DNA of 64,000 nucleotides from Marinicella sp. (lineage in GTDB: Bacteria > Pseudomonadota > Gammaproteobacteria > Xanthomonadales > Marinicellaceae): assembly GCA_965230295.1 (NCBI GenBank), contig OZ246001.1, forward strand, positions 3,520,001 to 3,584,000, read 5' to 3'. The position numbers were made by a program, and so were the translations under genes. Shown piece after piece: positions 30,838 through 41,563 of the stretch (positions within the stretch are counted from its first letter, which is position 1; every line of letters starts with the position of its first letter). The notes under the pieces were generated by a model. The model did not search any database. It was not told the origin of the DNA and saw nothing but the letters and a program-made list of their open reading frames with translations.

Positions 30838-31635
30838 TTATCTTTTTCTGAATTTCTTTATACTGCCACGCATCAAAAAACGGACCAAGCGGTCTGGCAG
30901 GTATTTAGACATACCTGCAATGGCTTGGTTGCGCCAGCCATTGATGTAGACCGGTTGATTGTTTTCTACAGCATGGATGCCTTGTTTAACCACATCATCG
31001 GCATGCATCCACAGTTTCTTTGATAATTTGTTGACCAGGCTTCTGGTGCCATTCACATCATGAAATTCAGTGTAAGTAAACCCAGGGCAAAGCGCAGTGA
31101 CATGTACGTTAAAATCTTTGGCTTCTAAATGCAGAGAATGGCTGAATTTGATCAGAAACGATTTGACTGGGCCATATAGGGTATGGGCCGCGGTAGGGGG
31201 TACCAAGCCTGCCAGGGAAGCCACATTGATGATGTATCCATGTTGCCTGGCCTTCATGCCTGGGTAGAATAAATGGCACAATTCGACCACTGACGTCAGC
31301 ATCACTTGCAACATGTCATGATGGGTTTTCCAGTCAGAATCATCAAAATCCCCAGGCACCCCGTAGCCTGCATTGTTGACCAGCATGGATACTTGAATAT
31401 CGTGTTGTTGACAGAAGGAGCCAATGACTTCACTGGCGTTTGGAGTGGCTAAATCAACTGCAAGGTGGTGACAATCTACAGCATGATTTTTTATGATTTC
31501 ATCTTTTAGCTTGACTAAATTGTCTTCACGTCTTGCTACCATTAAAAGAGACCAGCCCTTCGCAGCAAGTTGCTTGGCGAAGCTGGCTCCAATGCCAGCA
31601 GAAGCTCCTGTGACCAAAGCCCATTTTTTTTTCAT
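30838..31635 (-). CDS. Short-chain dehydrogenase/reductase
   Basis: TGASAGIG, VARR, LVNNAGYG, NVAS, catalytic YGPVK and LCPGFTYTEF. Alternative start at 31650. Confidence 0.94.
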   Translation of the reverse strand: MKKKWALVTGASAGIGASFAKQLAAKGWSLLMVARREDNLVKLKDEIIKNHAVDCHHLAVDLATPNASEVIGSFCQQHDIQVSMLVNNAGYGVPGDFDDSDWKTHHDMLQVMLTSVVELCHLFYPGMKARQHGYIINVASLAGLVPPTAAHTLYGPVKSFLIKFSHSLHLEAKDFNVHVTALCPGFTYTEFHDVNGTRSLVNKLSKKLWMHADDVVKQGIHAVENNQPVYINGWRNQAIAGMSKYLPDRLVRFLMRGSIKKFRKR

Positions 31636-31651
31636 GTTGAAACCGGTCATT

Positions 31652-31675
31652 AAAAAAGGCCAAATTAATGGCCTT
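31652..31675 (-). terminator. Intrinsic terminator after the cytochrome pair
   Basis: AAGGCCA/TGGCCTT stem with a T6 tract on the minus strand. Confidence 0.6.
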
Positions 31676-31681
31676 CCTGTT

Positions 31682-32008
31682 TTATTTAATGGTTAAGTCA
31701 GTCAACCGATCTTCTTGCAAAGTTGAATAATACTTGGCCAGATTGGCAATGTCTTCATCAGTTAACGTGGCTGCAAATCCTGCCATGATGGCATTTTTGC
31801 GGTTACCAGAACGATAGTCCTTCAACGCTTGTTCCATGTAATCAGCATATTGACCAGCCAATTTTGGGTAGGTGTCATCGATGCCTTTACCGTCCATGCC
31901 ATGACATGTTTTGCAAACTTGTTCAGCTTTGGCTTTGCCCAACTCTGCATCGCCAGCATGGGCCAATGCACTCAATGCCACAAGGCTTAAAAATAGTAAT
32001 TTTTTCAT
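31682..32008 (-). CDS. Monoheme class I cytochrome c (c553/c4-like)
   Basis: Signal peptide ending AHA, CKTCH, YPKLAGQ and axial Met in NAIM. Confidence 0.93.
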   Translation of the reverse strand: MKKLLFLSLVALSALAHAGDAELGKAKAEQVCKTCHGMDGKGIDDTYPKLAGQYADYMEQALKDYRSGNRKNAIMAGFAATLTDEDIANLAKYYSTLQEDRLTDLTIK

Positions 32009-32020
32009 GATGGCTTCCAT

Positions 32021-32329
32021 TTAATTTTTGATTGATGCGAAATAAGCTGCGATATCAGCAATGTCTTGGTCGGTCAGATTGCCAGCTTGTGCTTGCATGG
32101 TTTTATGACCTCTTTCACCAGAACGGTAGGCTTTCAATGCCAAGGCAATGTAAGCTTCGTTTTGTCCACCCAGGCGAGGTACGTGATAACTTGGATAGGT
32201 GTTCTGATAGAAAGGGATGCCATGACAACCTGTACAGGTATAAGCAATTTTTTTGCCATTTTCCACATCACCTTCAGCAAAAGTTTGGAATGACAAAATC
32301 AGCAAAACTGAAATCAATATATTTTTCAT
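32021..32329 (-). CDS. Monoheme class I cytochrome c (c553/c4-like)
   Basis: Signal peptide, CTGCH, VPRLGGQ and HKTM. Confidence 0.93.
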   Translation of the reverse strand: MKNILISVLLILSFQTFAEGDVENGKKIAYTCTGCHGIPFYQNTYPSYHVPRLGGQNEAYIALALKAYRSGERGHKTMQAQAGNLTDQDIADIAAYFASIKN

Positions 32330-32355
32330 CTTAACCCAAATTTAATAAAACGCCC

Positions 32356-32384
32356 ATTATAGTCAGATCGTCTTGCTGACTCAA
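32356..32384 (-). promoter_or_regulatory. Sigma70-type promoter for the cytochrome pair
   Basis: The minus strand reads TTGAGT-N17-TATAAT, 26 bp upstream of the start codon. Confidence 0.65.
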
Positions 32385-32445
32385 TCGAATTCAGGCGAAT
32401 CCATAAAAAAATCAAGGCCTTGTGCCACTTCAGCAATCTATAGGC

Positions 32446-32472
32446 AAAAAAAAGGGCTGCTTTAGCAACCCT
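32446..32472 (-). terminator. Intrinsic terminator
   Basis: On the minus strand, an AGGGTTGCT/AGCAGCCCT stem (one G-U pair) runs into a T8 tract after the cytochrome stop. Confidence 0.75.
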
Positions 32473-32494
32473 GATCATGAATAGGGTGTTTCAA

Positions 32495-32794
32495 TTATTT
32501 TAAGCTGGCGTAATAGGCAGCCAGATTATCAATGTCTTCATCGGTCAAAGCTGCCACCATCGGCGCCATGCTTGGGTCTTTGCGCTCACCACTTTTAAAA
32601 GCTTTGATTTGTTTAACCAAATAAGCTTCTTTTTGGCCAGCGAGGTTAGGCCACAATGGACTGGGACTGATGCCATCAGCACCGTGGCAAGCTGCACAAA
32701 TGGCTGACTTGGCTTTACCAGCAGCTGCATCACCAGCCAAAGCAGGCATGACAGGCAGGATTAAAAATAACAAAAGAAGGGTTGTTTTTTTCAT
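32495..32794 (-). CDS. Monoheme cytochrome c554/c553
   Basis: Signal peptide ending [25 protein letters not shown] and DPSM. Confidence 0.95.
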   Translation of the reverse strand: MKKTTLLLLFLILPVMPALAGDAAAGKAKSAICAACHGADGISPSPLWPNLAGQKEAYLVKQIKAFKSGERKDPSMAPMVAALTDEDIDNLAAYYASLK

Positions 32795-32910
32795 AGGTAT
32801 TTCCAAAGTTTCAAACTGATGCGAAGCATAGCATTAATACAAAGGGATGGTGGTAAAAAAATGTCAAATCAGGGCTGAATTTGAGGTAATTTTGACCTGG
32901 GTCAAGTATC

Positions 32911-33906
32911 TTATAACACCCGCACTTCTTCTTCGAGTTCGATGCCGAACTTCACCTTCACCGCACGTTTGGCCATTTTGGTCATTTTCAGTAAGTCCTG
33001 ACCGGAAGCCTGGCCGTGATTCACCAGGATCAATGCATGTTTGTCATAAAATCCAGCATCGCCTTCTTTGTGGCCTTTGAAACCACATTGTTCCAACAAC
33101 CAGGCAGCACTGGTCTTTTGATCCTGACAATGCTTGGTATGAAAAAGGGGTAAGTCTTTGTGTCTTCGTTGTATGCGTTTGATGGTTTGTTCATCAATGA
33201 CCGGGTTTTTGAAAAAACTACCGGCATTGGGCAGATGCTCCGGATCAGGCAGTTTGCTTTGTCTGATTTCACAGACTGCTTGAGCCACCTGCTGGTAGCT
33301 AGGGGGTTTATCTGCATCTGCAAATTTTTGACGCAAGGGCTCGTAAGTTAAATTAACCGGGTTGTTGGGTCTGAGATCCAAACCGATGCGACTGATGATC
33401 CAGGGTTGGTCATGGTATTTGAAGACGCTGTGTCGGTATGAAAACATGCACTCTTCATTGCTCAATCGATGATACAGTCCGGTATGCCAGTTATACACCT
33501 CAACCCACACCAAACAATCTTGTAGTTCTGTACCATAGGCGCCTATGTTTTGAAATGGAGCTGCTCCCACCAAACCAGGAATCAAGGCCAGGTTTTCAAT
33601 GCCTCCTAAGTTCCTGTCTACTGCCCACATCACCAATTCATGCCAGGGTGTACCAGCCCAGGCCACCACCAGGTTATCAACGATGGTGATGTGTTTTCTG
33701 GGCTTGATATGAACCACAAATCGATTCAAGTCCTCAGTCAGTAACAAATTGCTACCGCTGCCCAAAATCAGCATTTCGGTTATTTTGATGTCGTTTGGAA
33801 GGGCTTCCAGATCACTCAGTGATTTAACTTCAGCGAATTGATCACAGCGGCAATCGACTGCCAAGGTGTTGTGATTTTTAAGGTTATAGTTTTGTTCTAT
33901 TTTCAC
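32911..33906 (-). CDS. murB: UDP-N-acetylenolpyruvoylglucosamine reductase
   Basis: LGSGSNLL, ENLALIPG, QNIGAYG, YRHSVFK, PNAGSFFKNP and HALILVN. Confidence 0.97.
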   Translation of the reverse strand: MKIEQNYNLKNHNTLAVDCRCDQFAEVKSLSDLEALPNDIKITEMLILGSGSNLLLTEDLNRFVVHIKPRKHITIVDNLVVAWAGTPWHELVMWAVDRNLGGIENLALIPGLVGAAPFQNIGAYGTELQDCLVWVEVYNWHTGLYHRLSNEECMFSYRHSVFKYHDQPWIISRIGLDLRPNNPVNLTYEPLRQKFADADKPPSYQQVAQAVCEIRQSKLPDPEHLPNAGSFFKNPVIDEQTIKRIQRRHKDLPLFHTKHCQDQKTSAAWLLEQCGFKGHKEGDAGFYDKHALILVNHGQASGQDLLKMTKMAKRAVKVKFGIELEEEVRVL

Positions 33907-34912
33907 TGGTCAATTGTTGATTAATTTGTTTGATCAAATGATTTCCTTTAATGACAAAGCCGGTATAAATTTGTATCAAATCAGCGCCCAAGTTAAACTT
34001 TTGAAGTGCGTCCTTTTTATCTATGATACCACCAACAGCGATAATTGGGAAATTTTCACCGGCAAATTGTCTGACCAATTGCAGTGTTTTATTGGATTTT
34101 TCTAACAGGGGTTTGCCGCTTAAGCCACCCATTTCCTCAGTGACATTTTTTGGACTATTTAAAGACGAAGGCCTGTCAACAGTGGTGTTGGTACAGATGA
34201 TGCCATCAAAGCCAAGCGCTTTAATTTGTTGAACCATGAATTCAAGTTGCTCGTTGTTTTGATCAGGTGAAATTTTTACCAATACCGGGGTGTACTTCTG
34301 GTCCTTTTTCTCACATTCAAGCTGTTTGGCTTTGACCCCGGATAACAAGTCAGTCAATGCCTGATCGTTTTGTAGTTCACGCAGATCTGGTGTGTTAGGT
34401 GATGAAATGTTGACAGTGATGTAATCACATAAGGTATGGGCCTTTTCAAAGCAATGCACATAATCATCAACCGCATCTTCGTTGGGTGTGACTTTGTTTT
34501 TACCGATGTTGATGCCGAGGATGCCCTGGTATGAACTGTTTTTGACTTGGTTGATCAAGTAATCGATGCCTTTGTTGTTGAAGCCCATGCGATTGATGAT
34601 CGCGTCATCAGTTTCTAACCTGAAAAGACGTGGTTTGTCATTGCCGTCTTGAGGTTTTGGGGTGATGGTGCCGATTTCTAAAAAACCAAAGCCTTGTTTA
34701 CTTAAACCATGAATGGCATCGCCATTTTTGTCAAAACCTGCGGCCAAGCCCACACGATTCGGAAAAGTGATGCCCATCAACTCAACGGGATCTTGGATTT
34801 GCTGGGTCTTGGAAAAAACAGACAATGGCGAACCCAAAGCCTTGATGGCCAAATTATGGGCCAGTTCAGCGGGCAGGGCTTGCAGGGTTTTGCGGGCAAT
34901 AAATTCGATCAT
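33884..34912 (-). CDS. pyrD: Quinone-dependent dihydroorotate dehydrogenase
   Basis: GLAAGFDKN, INRMGFNN, NISSPNTP, VKISPD and GGLSG. Confidence 0.97.
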   Translation of the reverse strand: MIEFIARKTLQALPAELAHNLAIKALGSPLSVFSKTQQIQDPVELMGITFPNRVGLAAGFDKNGDAIHGLSKQGFGFLEIGTITPKPQDGNDKPRLFRLETDDAIINRMGFNNKGIDYLINQVKNSSYQGILGINIGKNKVTPNEDAVDDYVHCFEKAHTLCDYITVNISSPNTPDLRELQNDQALTDLLSGVKAKQLECEKKDQKYTPVLVKISPDQNNEQLEFMVQQIKALGFDGIICTNTTVDRPSSLNSPKNVTEEMGGLSGKPLLEKSNKTLQLVRQFAGENFPIIAVGGIIDKKDALQKFNLGADLIQIYTGFVIKGNHLIKQINQQLTSENRTKL

Positions 34913-34999
34913 GTTTGGTATTATTCAGCGGTTCAACTTGGCTGCTCATTTTATAGCATTTTAGTGTCCAAATGTTCTTTACAGATACTTAGACAGTTG

Positions 35000-35090
35000 C
35001 GTCATTGCGAGGAGCGTAGCGACGTGGCAATCTCATAGCTTTACTTATAATTGGGCAGATTGCCGCGGTCGTTCCTCCCTCGCAATGACG
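35000..35090. repeat. CGTC-type palindromic repeat
   Basis: Perfect 13-bp ends CGTCATTGCGAGG and CCTCGCAATGACG. Inner arms CGTGGCAATCT (35023-33) and AGATTGCCGCG (35057-67). Confidence 0.9.
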
Positions 35091-35131
35091 GATTGTAGAC
35101 AGTTCACTGCTTTCAGAATTATTCAAACTAC

Positions 35132-35360
35132 CGTCATCCTTGGTCTTACTTAAGGGACGTACTTTTGGTGGCCCGGGGGCATTTTTTATAGATTGGCTTC
35201 GACTCCGCTCAGCCAGCGAAGGCGTTCACTGAGCACTTCGACAGGCCCTGTACATTCGGATCCGAAGTGAATATATAATTAAGGAATGTTCTTGGGGCTT
35301 CATTCTGGTTCATGGTCTGACAGGTCTTCATATTTGCTGCGCAAATAAACCGACCTTTAC
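35132..35360. repeat. Cluster of degenerate palindromic repeat remnants
   Basis: CGTCATCCTTGGTCTTACTTAAGGGAC (35132-58) looks like a decayed copy of the 30511 arm. Also GGCTTCGACTCCGCTCAGCC (35195-214) and the hairpin AGGTC..TATTTGC/GCAAATA..GACCT (35322-56). Confidence 0.55.
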
Positions 35361-35532
35361 AGACTATTGTCTGAGCAGTTGCTTCGCACTGCATGTCTGT
35401 TTTTGACAAAAGTGAAAGCGACCACGGCGAACATGACATGCTACCTCACGCTCTTCGCCTCTGATTCGCAGAGCTCACCAACCGGCTTGGCGGGTCAAGC
35501 TGCTCAGCAGCTTTCCAATGGATGAATTTCAT

Positions 35533-35558
35533 AAAAAAAGGGCCCTGCGGACCCTTTT
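35533..35558 (-). terminator. Intrinsic terminator of the etfBA-ALDH operon
   Basis: The minus strand reads AAAAGGGTCC-gca-GGGCCCTTTTTTT. Confidence 0.85.
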
Positions 35559-35582
35559 AAACATTCAACAATATATTCAAAC

Positions 35583-37100
35583 TCAGATGTCGAACTTAAT
35601 CCCTTGTGCCAGTGGCAGTTCGGTTGAGTAGTTGATGGTGTTGGTTTGTCTGCGCATGTAAGCTTTCCAGGCGTCAGAGCCGGCTTCGCGTCCGCCACCG
35701 GTTTCTTTCTCACCACCAAAGGCGCCACCGATCTCGGCACCTGAGGTACCGATGTTGACATTGGCGATACCGCAGTCAGAACCTGCTGAAGACAGGAATT
35801 GTTCTGCTTGACGCAAATCATTGGTGAAGATCGCTGATGACAGACCATGAGCCACGTCATTTTGTGACTCGATAACGGCATCCAGATCACTGAATTTCAT
35901 GACGTAAAGGATGGGTGCAAAGGTTTCGGTTTTGACCACATCCCAATCGCCTTGGGCTTTGATCACACAAGGCTCGACAAAGTTACCAGGGCCGTCTACA
36001 CGGTTACCACCGGTCAGCACCTCACCGCCAGCGGCTTTGGCTTTCTCAACGGCATCCAGGTACATTTGAACCGAAGCTTCGTCAATCAAAGGTCCCATCA
36101 AGGTATTGGTATCCAATGGATTTCCTATCGGCACTTGCTTATAAGCGTTGACTACTTTTTCAGTCAACTCATCGGCGATGTCTTCATGCACAAACAATCT
36201 ACGGGTGGTGGTACACCGTTGTCCTGCTGTTCCGACTGCACCAAACACGATGGCTGGAACAGCCAATTTCAAATCAGCAGATTTGTCAACGATCAGGGCA
36301 TTGTTACCACCCAATTCAAGCAACGATCGACCCATGCGCTTGGCCACTTGAACACCCACCTGACGACCCACTTGGGTTGAGCCGGTGAATGAAACCAGGT
36401 TCACGCGTTTGTCGTCAACAAATTTCTTTGCCAACTCATTGCTGTCATCATTGAACAACAAGAAGATTGGTGGGAAGCCGGCATCAGCCAACGCTTCGTT
36501 GCAGATGTTTTGTACGGCTATCGAGCACAGTGGCACTTTTTGTGAAGGTTTCCAGACAGAAACATTGCCACAAATCGCTGCAACAAAGGCATTCCATGAC
36601 CAAACAGCCACTGGGAAATTAAACGCAGAAATGATACCAACCACCCCAAGAGGATGCCATTGATCATACATGCGGTGACCTGGGCGCTCTGAATGCATGG
36701 TGTTGCCATACATCATGCGTGCTTGACCGACGGCAAAATCAGCCATGTCAATCATCTCTTGTACTTCGCCATCACCTTCTGATTTGATTTTACCCATTTC
36801 AGCAGCCACCAAAGAGCCCAAAGCATCTTTGTGTTTACGCAAAGCCTCACCCACCAAACGCACGGCTTCGCCACGTTGTGGTCCAGGCACTTTGCGCCAT
36901 TCTTTGAAAACCGCTTGTGCTTTGTTGATGACATTTTCATAATCAGCGTCAGAAGCCGATACCACTTTACCCAACAGCTCACCGGTGGCTGGGTTGTGTG
37001 ATTCGATCAAGCCTGCTGATTCATCAGTTGACCATTCGTTGTGGTCAATACAGGTGCCATAGTTGACATCTTTCAGACCCAGTTCTTTTAAGAAATCCAT
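35583..37100 (-). CDS. Aldehyde dehydrogenase family 7 (piperideine-6-carboxylate/aminoadipate-semialdehyde dehydrogenase-like)
   Basis: [45 protein letters not shown] and [19 protein letters not shown]. Confidence 0.94.
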   Translation of the reverse strand: MDFLKELGLKDVNYGTCIDHNEWSTDESAGLIESHNPATGELLGKVVSASDADYENVINKAQAVFKEWRKVPGPQRGEAVRLVGEALRKHKDALGSLVAAEMGKIKSEGDGEVQEMIDMADFAVGQARMMYGNTMHSERPGHRMYDQWHPLGVVGIISAFNFPVAVWSWNAFVAAICGNVSVWKPSQKVPLCSIAVQNICNEALADAGFPPIFLLFNDDSNELAKKFVDDKRVNLVSFTGSTQVGRQVGVQVAKRMGRSLLELGGNNALIVDKSADLKLAVPAIVFGAVGTAGQRCTTTRRLFVHEDIADELTEKVVNAYKQVPIGNPLDTNTLMGPLIDEASVQMYLDAVEKAKAAGGEVLTGGNRVDGPGNFVEPCVIKAQGDWDVVKTETFAPILYVMKFSDLDAVIESQNDVAHGLSSAIFTNDLRQAEQFLSSAGSDCGIANVNIGTSGAEIGGAFGGEKETGGGREAGSDAWKAYMRRQTNTINYSTELPLAQGIKFDI

Positions 37101-37110
37101 CGTTTTATCC

Positions 37111-38043
37111 TCAGATTTTTTCCATCATTTCAGGAATGATTTTAAATAAGTCCCCGACCAATCCAACATCGGCCACTTCAAATATAGGTGCATCGCCATC
37201 TTTGTTGATGGCCACAATGGTGCCTGCATCTTTGATCCCGGTTAAATGTTGTATGGCACCAGAAATACCGAAACACATGTACAGGTCCGGCGCAATGATC
37301 TTACCGGTTTGACCCACTTGCATGTCATTGGGCACATAACCCGCATCTACTGCTGCTCTGGAAGCCCCAGTGGCAGCACCAATTTTGTCGGCCAGGTTGT
37401 AAACGATTTCAAAGTTCTCTTCTGAACCGACACCGCGACCACCAGATATGACTTTGCTGGCTGTTTGCAGGTCAGGGCGGTCTGAATTACCGGTTGAAAT
37501 ACTGACAAATGATGTGTGGTCAGCGGCCGTACCTAAGATGCTTTCAGTCACAGCGGCACTGCCATCAGTTGACTTGTCTGCGGCGAAAGAGGCGGTTCTG
37601 ACAGTGGCGACAATTTGTGGTGTATCGGTTTTAACTGTGATGATGGCATTGCCGGCATAAATAGGGCGTTTGAAAGTGTTGTCATCAATGATTTCCATCA
37701 CATCACTGACTTGGTTAACTCCCAATAAGGCCGCCACCCGAGGCATCACATCTTTACCAAATGTGGTTGAAGGGCCAAATACATGCGTATAAGACTGTCC
37801 CAGCTCTGCTATGCTTGGCGCAATAGAAGCCGCCAATTGGTCATGGTTGTCTGCACATTGCACAAATTTAACTTCATTGATGCCAGCCAGGCTGGCAACT
37901 TGTGAGGCCAAAGCCGCATCAGCTGCAAACAGCACCACATCGATGTTTTCGGCATTCATTTGTTTGGCCGCAGTCAATACTTTGGCAGTTGATTGGTTTA
38001 TTTGTGAGCCGTTGTGTTCGGCCAATATCAATACTTTACTCAT
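37111..38043 (-). CDS. etfA: Electron transfer flavoprotein alpha subunit
   Basis: [30 protein letters not shown] and GISGAIQH. Confidence 0.97.
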   Translation of the reverse strand: MSKVLILAEHNGSQINQSTAKVLTAAKQMNAENIDVVLFAADAALASQVASLAGINEVKFVQCADNHDQLAASIAPSIAELGQSYTHVFGPSTTFGKDVMPRVAALLGVNQVSDVMEIIDDNTFKRPIYAGNAIITVKTDTPQIVATVRTASFAADKSTDGSAAVTESILGTAADHTSFVSISTGNSDRPDLQTASKVISGGRGVGSEENFEIVYNLADKIGAATGASRAAVDAGYVPNDMQVGQTGKIIAPDLYMCFGISGAIQHLTGIKDAGTIVAINKDGDAPIFEVADVGLVGDLFKIIPEMMEKI

Positions 38044-38795
38044 CCTACCAGCCCCTTGTCTTTCAATATATCAATCAATTCATCAACACTTTCTACCATC
38101 ACACCTTTTTGACGAGGTTGTGGAGATTCGTGTTGTAACACTTCAATGGCCTGTCCATTGGGGGCAGGGACCAGATCAGCCATGGCTTTGACATCCAATG
38201 GTTTGCGTTTGGCCTTCATGATGTCTGGCAACTTAACAAAACGCGGCTCGTTCAATCGCAAGTCAGTTGATACCACAGCCGGTAATTCAACTTGAATGGT
38301 TTCCAAACCGGCATCCACTTCACGAGTGACGTTGATTTTGTTGCCTTCAACAAACTCGACTTTGGAAGCAAACGTGGCTTGTGGGCGGTTCCACAAAGTG
38401 GCCAACATTTGTGGTGTTTGGTTGTTGTCATCATCAATGGCTTGTTTACCTGTGATAACCAAGCCAGGTTGTTCTTCTTCAATCACTTGTAACAACACCT
38501 GTGCAGCTTGTAAGGGTTGAACCGCTTGATCGGTTTCAACCAATATGGCACGGTCAGCTCCCATGGCCATGGCTGTTCTTAATTGTTGTTGAGAATCGTT
38601 GGTGCCCAGGGTAACAACGACCACTTCTTCGGCTTTGCCTTGCTCTTTGATGCGCAGGGCTTCTTCAATGGCAATTTCATCAAATGGGTTGATGCTCATT
38701 TTAACGCCATCTGTTGCCACACCAGAGCCGTCAGGTTTTACCTGAACCCTGACGTTGTAGTCAACAACGCGTTTGATAGCTACAAGAATTTTCAT
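38040..38795 (-). CDS. etfB: Electron transfer flavoprotein beta subunit
   Basis: KRVVDYNV, NPFDEIA, AMGADRA, GKQAIDDD and DLRLNEPR. Confidence 0.97.
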   Translation of the reverse strand: MKILVAIKRVVDYNVRVQVKPDGSGVATDGVKMSINPFDEIAIEEALRIKEQGKAEEVVVVTLGTNDSQQQLRTAMAMGADRAILVETDQAVQPLQAAQVLLQVIEEEQPGLVITGKQAIDDDNNQTPQMLATLWNRPQATFASKVEFVEGNKINVTREVDAGLETIQVELPAVVSTDLRLNEPRFVKLPDIMKAKRKPLDVKAMADLVPAPNGQAIEVLQHESPQPRQKGVMVESVDELIDILKDKGLVG

Positions 38796-38826
38796 GTGAG
38801 ATTATCGGTCTGTTAAAAGGCGTGGG

Positions 38827-38835
38827 ATTATAGCA
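38827..38835 (-). promoter_or_regulatory. Extended -10 promoter element for etfBA
   Basis: TGCTATAAT on the minus strand, 31 bp upstream of etfB. Confidence 0.55.
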
Positions 38836-38913
38836 CTTAAAGCATGGAATATCATCACTTGAAGGACCATTACTTTTGTTGTTTAATGGCTGTTTTCATC
38901 GTTTGCTTTTTTT

Positions 38914-39552
38914 ATGCTGATTTCAGACAGTCATCAATTCATTTTTGTGCACATCCGAAAGGCTGCTGGCACCAGTTTGAGGCAAATTTTAGAACAAGTG
39001 TCCTTGATGAAAAATAACAATTTGTGGTACAAAATGCTCAGTCGCAACGGGTTTTCTGTAGACTACCACAAGTTTTCATTTCGCAAGCATTCCCCATTGG
39101 TAGAGGCAGAAAGGAGCATGCCATCTGATAAATTCAATCGGTATTTTAAATTTGCGGTGGTTCGCAACCCATGGGACCGATTGGTGTCAGAATATGAATA
39201 CATCAAGACCCAACCCGGTCATTCACGTTTCAAGAAACTCACCCAAATGACATTCGATGAATATGTTCTATATCAAAGTCAACGTCCAGCCGCTCATCAA
39301 GTGCATGCATTGCAGTTAAAAAATGGTCAGATAGGCTGTGACTTTGTTGGGAAATTAGAGTCCTTGCAACAATCAATGTCTGTGGTCAGTGCCAAAACAG
39401 GTCTGGACTTTTCCTCATTACCACACATCAACCGGGTTGACCGACGAGATTACCGCACTTACTACTCAGATGATATGGCTCAACAGGTCAATGACTTGTG
39501 GCAAGCCGATATTGCGGCTTTTAAATATGCCTTTGAAACACCTGACATGTAA
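38914..39552 (+). CDS. Sulfotransferase family 2 protein
   Basis: PAPS-binding motifs FVHIRKAAGTS and VRNPWDRLVSEY. Also DFVGKLE and YRTYY. Confidence 0.88.
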   Translation: MLISDSHQFIFVHIRKAAGTSLRQILEQVSLMKNNNLWYKMLSRNGFSVDYHKFSFRKHSPLVEAERSMPSDKFNRYFKFAVVRNPWDRLVSEYEYIKTQPGHSRFKKLTQMTFDEYVLYQSQRPAAHQVHALQLKNGQIGCDFVGKLESLQQSMSVVSAKTGLDFSSLPHINRVDRRDYRTYYSDDMAQQVNDLWQADIAAFKYAFETPDM

Positions 39553-39573
39553 CCTATTCTTAATGCCATCATC

Positions 39574-39582
39574 TGCTATAAT
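39574..39582 (+). promoter_or_regulatory. Extended -10 promoter element for the rml operon
   Basis: TGCTATAAT, 27 bp upstream of rmlB. Confidence 0.55.
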
Positions 39583-39609
39583 GTCGGCCTTTTAATCATC
39601 TGAGCTCAT

Positions 39610-40683
39610 ATGACAGATCAATGGTTGGTGACTGGCGGTGCTGGTTTTATTGGTGGCAATTTTGTGTTGCGCCAAGTTTTGAAAAACAACAGAAAGATCA
39701 TAAACTTAGACAAACTGACTTATGCAGGGAATAAAGACACCCTGGAAGCGGTCATGTCACACCCAAATCATCAATTTGTACAGGCCGACATCAATGATGC
39801 CAACACTGTATATGACTTGTTGATGCAGCATCAACCCAATGCAGTGGTGCATTTTGCGGCAGAATCACATGTAGATCGCTCAATAGAAGGACCACAAGTG
39901 TTCATCGAAACCAATGTTTTGGGTACCTTTAATATGTTGCAACAGGCATTGCGTTATTACCAGTCTTTGAGCAAAGACAAACAAAATACATTTCGTTTCC
40001 TACATGTGTCTACCGATGAGGTTTATGGTTCATTGGGAGAAACAGGCGCTTTCAGTGAGACCACGCCTTATGCCCCTAACTCACCGTATTCAGCTTCTAA
40101 AGCAGGTTCAGATCATTTGGTCAGGGCCTATTACCACACATTTGGCTTGCCCGTCTTGACCACCAATTGTTCAAATAACTATGGGCCTTATCAGTTTCCG
40201 GAGAAATTGATTCCATTGATGATTGAAAAGGCACTTAACCGTGAGTCCTTACCGGTTTATGGTGATGGTAAAAATGTGCGTGACTGGTTGTTCGTTGAAG
40301 ACCACTGCCGAGCCATTGAAACGGTCATAGCAAGAGGTAAGCTTGGTGAAGTTTATAATGTGGGTGGTAATGAAGAACGACAAAACATTGATATTGTGAA
40401 TACCCTGTGTGATTTGTTAGATGAGATCAAACCAGCAGGCCATAGCAGGCGAGATTTAATCACTTATGTAAAAGACCGCCCGGGGCATGACCGGCGCTAT
40501 GCCATCGATTCGACCAAGCTACAGAGTGAATTGAATTGGCAACCTAAAGAAACCTTTGAATCCGGAATCAGAAAGACCATTGAATGGTATTTAAATCACA
40601 AAACCTGGACGGATCGTGTCAAGGACGGCAGTTATCAAGGCCAGAGACTGGGTGAGGACATTGCTGCAGGAGATCAGGCATGA
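39610..40683 (+). CDS. rmlB: dTDP-glucose 4,6-dehydratase
   Basis: [38 protein letters not shown] and DRPGHDRRY. Confidence 0.98.
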   Translation: MTDQWLVTGGAGFIGGNFVLRQVLKNNRKIINLDKLTYAGNKDTLEAVMSHPNHQFVQADINDANTVYDLLMQHQPNAVVHFAAESHVDRSIEGPQVFIETNVLGTFNMLQQALRYYQSLSKDKQNTFRFLHVSTDEVYGSLGETGAFSETTPYAPNSPYSASKAGSDHLVRAYYHTFGLPVLTTNCSNNYGPYQFPEKLIPLMIEKALNRESLPVYGDGKNVRDWLFVEDHCRAIETVIARGKLGEVYNVGGNEERQNIDIVNTLCDLLDEIKPAGHSRRDLITYVKDRPGHDRRYAIDSTKLQSELNWQPKETFESGIRKTIEWYLNHKTWTDRVKDGSYQGQRLGEDIAAGDQA

Positions 40684-41558
40684 GTAGAAAAGGCATCATA
40701 TTAGCAGGCGGTTCAGGTACCCGGTTATACCCGCTGACGCATTCAATCAGTAAACAGTTGTTGCCGGTTTATGACAAACCGATGATTTATTATCCGTTGA
40801 GTACTTTGATGGAAGCAGGGATTAAAGATGTGCTGATCATCAATACACCACATGAACAAACTTTGTTTCAACAATTATTGGGTGATGGTTCACAGTGGGG
40901 TATGAACCTTCAATATGCCGTTCAACCTGACCCGGGTGGTTTGGCACAAGCTTATTTGATCGGTGAACAGTTCGTCTCAGGTGATGAGTCTTGCTTGATA
41001 TTGGGTGACAACATATTTCATGGTGCGGGTATGCGTACATTGATGCGCAATGCCAACAGCAGAGAGGTGGGTGCTACGGTGTTTGGGTATCGTGTACATG
41101 ACCCTGAGCGCTACGGGGTGGCTGCTTTTGATGATGATGGTGTCGTGGTGGATTTGGAAGAAAAACCAGCGCAACCTAAATCTAACTATGCGGTAACAGG
41201 ATTGTATTTTTATGATGGTCAGGCCACCGACATAGCTAAATCTCTGAAACCATCAGAGCGCGGTGAATTGGAAATCACCGATTTAAACAAAGTGTATTTG
41301 GCCCAACAATCATTGAGTGTGGAATTGATGGGTAGGGGTTATGCCTGGTTAGACACCGGAACCCATGATTCATTGGCTGAAGCGGCTAACTTCATTTCTA
41401 CCATCGAGAAAAGGCAAGGGATTAAAATTGCCTGTCCAGAAGAGATTGCTTTTAACCATGGGTGGATTGATGCAGAACAAGTGATGTCATTGGCCGCTCC
41501 GATTGCGAAAAATGGTTATGGTCAATATTTGATATCACTCATCAAGGATCATGGTTGA
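40680..41558 (+). CDS. rmlA: Glucose-1-phosphate thymidylyltransferase
   Basis: [38 protein letters not shown] and WLDTGT. Confidence 0.98.
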   Translation: MSRKGIILAGGSGTRLYPLTHSISKQLLPVYDKPMIYYPLSTLMEAGIKDVLIINTPHEQTLFQQLLGDGSQWGMNLQYAVQPDPGGLAQAYLIGEQFVSGDESCLILGDNIFHGAGMRTLMRNANSREVGATVFGYRVHDPERYGVAAFDDDGVVVDLEEKPAQPKSNYAVTGLYFYDGQATDIAKSLKPSERGELEITDLNKVYLAQQSLSVELMGRGYAWLDTGTHDSLAEAANFISTIEKRQGIKIACPEEIAFNHGWIDAEQVMSLAAPIAKNGYGQYLISLIKDHG

Positions 41559-41563
41559 ATGTC

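Noticed and set aside
30660-31023. Small ORFs 30660-30851 and 30802-31023
   Set aside because: LDPRVKPEDD is simply the translated repeat arm. Both ORFs overlap the SDR gene on the opposite strand and show no recognisable motif.
34709-35439. ORFs 34709-35038 and 35209-35439
   Set aside because: The first is antisense to pyrD and ends in translated repeat (RHCEERSDVAIS). The second runs through repeat remnants and has no GIY-YIG or HUH motif.
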